Shown here piece after piece: positions 63,069 through 64,000 of a stretch of DNA of 64,000 bases. The notes beneath the pieces are model-generated. The model saw only the letters and a list, made by a program, of their open reading frames with translations, searched no databases and had not been told where the DNA came from. The DNA comes from Camelus dromedarius (Eukaryota): NCBI RefSeq assembly GCF_036321535.1, contig NC_087438.1:8556001-8620000 (forward strand), written 5' to 3'. Positions within the stretch are counted from its first letter, which is position 1, and the number at the start of each line of letters is the position of its first letter. Both the position numbers and the translations under genes were made by a program.

Positions 63069-63389
63069 AAAAGTAAGGCTGTCTACACCTCAGGATTGAG
63101 GGCTACAATCTAGCAGTATGGGGAAAAAAGAACTGTAAGAGACCTCCTTGAAGAAAGCCTAAAACCAGTGCCTAACACTAAAATATTCCTTTGGTGTTTA
63201 CTGCCTGCCAACATAAACGCAGTACTTTCTGAGGAAAAATAATGTAAACCAGTGCCTCTTCAAGATAGTCTTTGAAATTTTCAGACTATAATGAAAATAT
63301 ATTAGATATGGAAAGAAAAAGGGAAAATAAAGAAGGGAAAGAACTCATTATAATAAATCTGTTGAAAACGAATAAAATGTAAAAACACT

Positions 63390-64000
63390 AACTGCAGTTA
63401 GAAAAAAAAAAACAATGCATTCATATAGGAAACTAACCATTGGGGAAAACCATAGATTTCTCAAAAGAGGTTTGGAAACAGAAAATAATGGAACAAAATC
63501 TTTTTAAAAACAGGAAGAAAAGAATATCAACCCAGAATTTGAAATTCATTGCAAATATTCTTCAGGCTTGATGGCAAAATAAAGGCATCCTCAAATAAAA
63601 GGAAACAAATAAAATTTATTGCTAGCAGTCTTGCTGTAATAGAAAGGCTAAAGAAAATTCTTCAGGCTGTTAGGAAATGATCCCAGAGGAAAATCTTGCA
63701 CTTTAGGCAGTAAGGAAAAGCAGCAGAAATAGTGGAAGAAATGGTAATGTCTCGGTAAATATAAAAGACTATTCTCTTAAGTTTGGTTAGATACATATGA
63801 CTATTCAAAACAAAAATTTTAACGTTTTCTGATGTGTCTTTTGATTTTACATAAATGGAACACATTTAGCAACTATAACATTAATGTCAGGTGGCAGTAA
63901 GGTAAAAAGATTTACTTTTACAGTTGCAAGGCTTCTATGAGTGTATGAAAGTGATGCTTTATTTCCTCTTGCAACCAATAATAAAAATGATATAAGGAGA
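63390..64000 (+). mobile_element. Old L1 ORF1-end / inter-ORF remnant
   Basis: aagaatatcaacccagaattt...aaataaaggcatcctcaaataaa...aatttattgctagcag..ttgct...aaagaaaattcttcaggc. Confidence 0.55.

Noticed and set aside
1-64000. Prokaryotic systems (CRISPR arrays, operons, IS elements, rRNA) and processed pseudogenes
   Set aside because: No regularly spaced repeat-spacer arrays, gene-dense ORFs, rRNA motifs or recognisable retrocopied coding sequence were seen; the DNA is mammalian intron and intergenic sequence.

Overview
Mammalian (eukaryotic) genomic DNA, not prokaryotic. Three copies of a tRNA-Ala-derived SINE resembling the camelid Vic-1 family suggest a camel, llama or alpaca draft assembly; the window contains three N-gaps. 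The only gene I can support is the 5' end of CTNND2 (delta-catenin) on the minus strand. It consists of a CpG-island promoter (~52.7-53.8 kb) and exon 1 with a 37-nt coding part, MFTRRQSGAAPF(G), ending at a GTGAGT donor. The preceding 52.9 kb is read as intron 1, and 53.8-64 kb as upstream flank. Most of the rest is ordinary interspersed repeat (L1, L2, MIR, MaLR/ERV LTRs, MER5A/20/33/53, Charlie-like), and nearly all ORF-track entries are spurious. The most interesting structure is the CTNND2 leader. It has a weak-context main ATG, a better-context 11-codon uORF 61 nt upstream, and a (GGC)10 repeat in the poly-Gly frame of that uORF. That frame is separated from further upstream ATGs by a single TAG, resembling NOTCH2NLC/FMR1 polyG uORF architecture. 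Other notable items are an orphan intronic CpG patch with an RFX X-box, a MER20 with strongly AT-to-GC-biased divergence, two diverged local duplications, and an isolated L1 5' end with a YY1 site. Gene and repeat family names come from recalled sequences, not database searches, and repeat boundaries are approximate unless fixed by a target-site duplication (TSD). I do not see a demonstrably new biological system; the leader findings are hypotheses.
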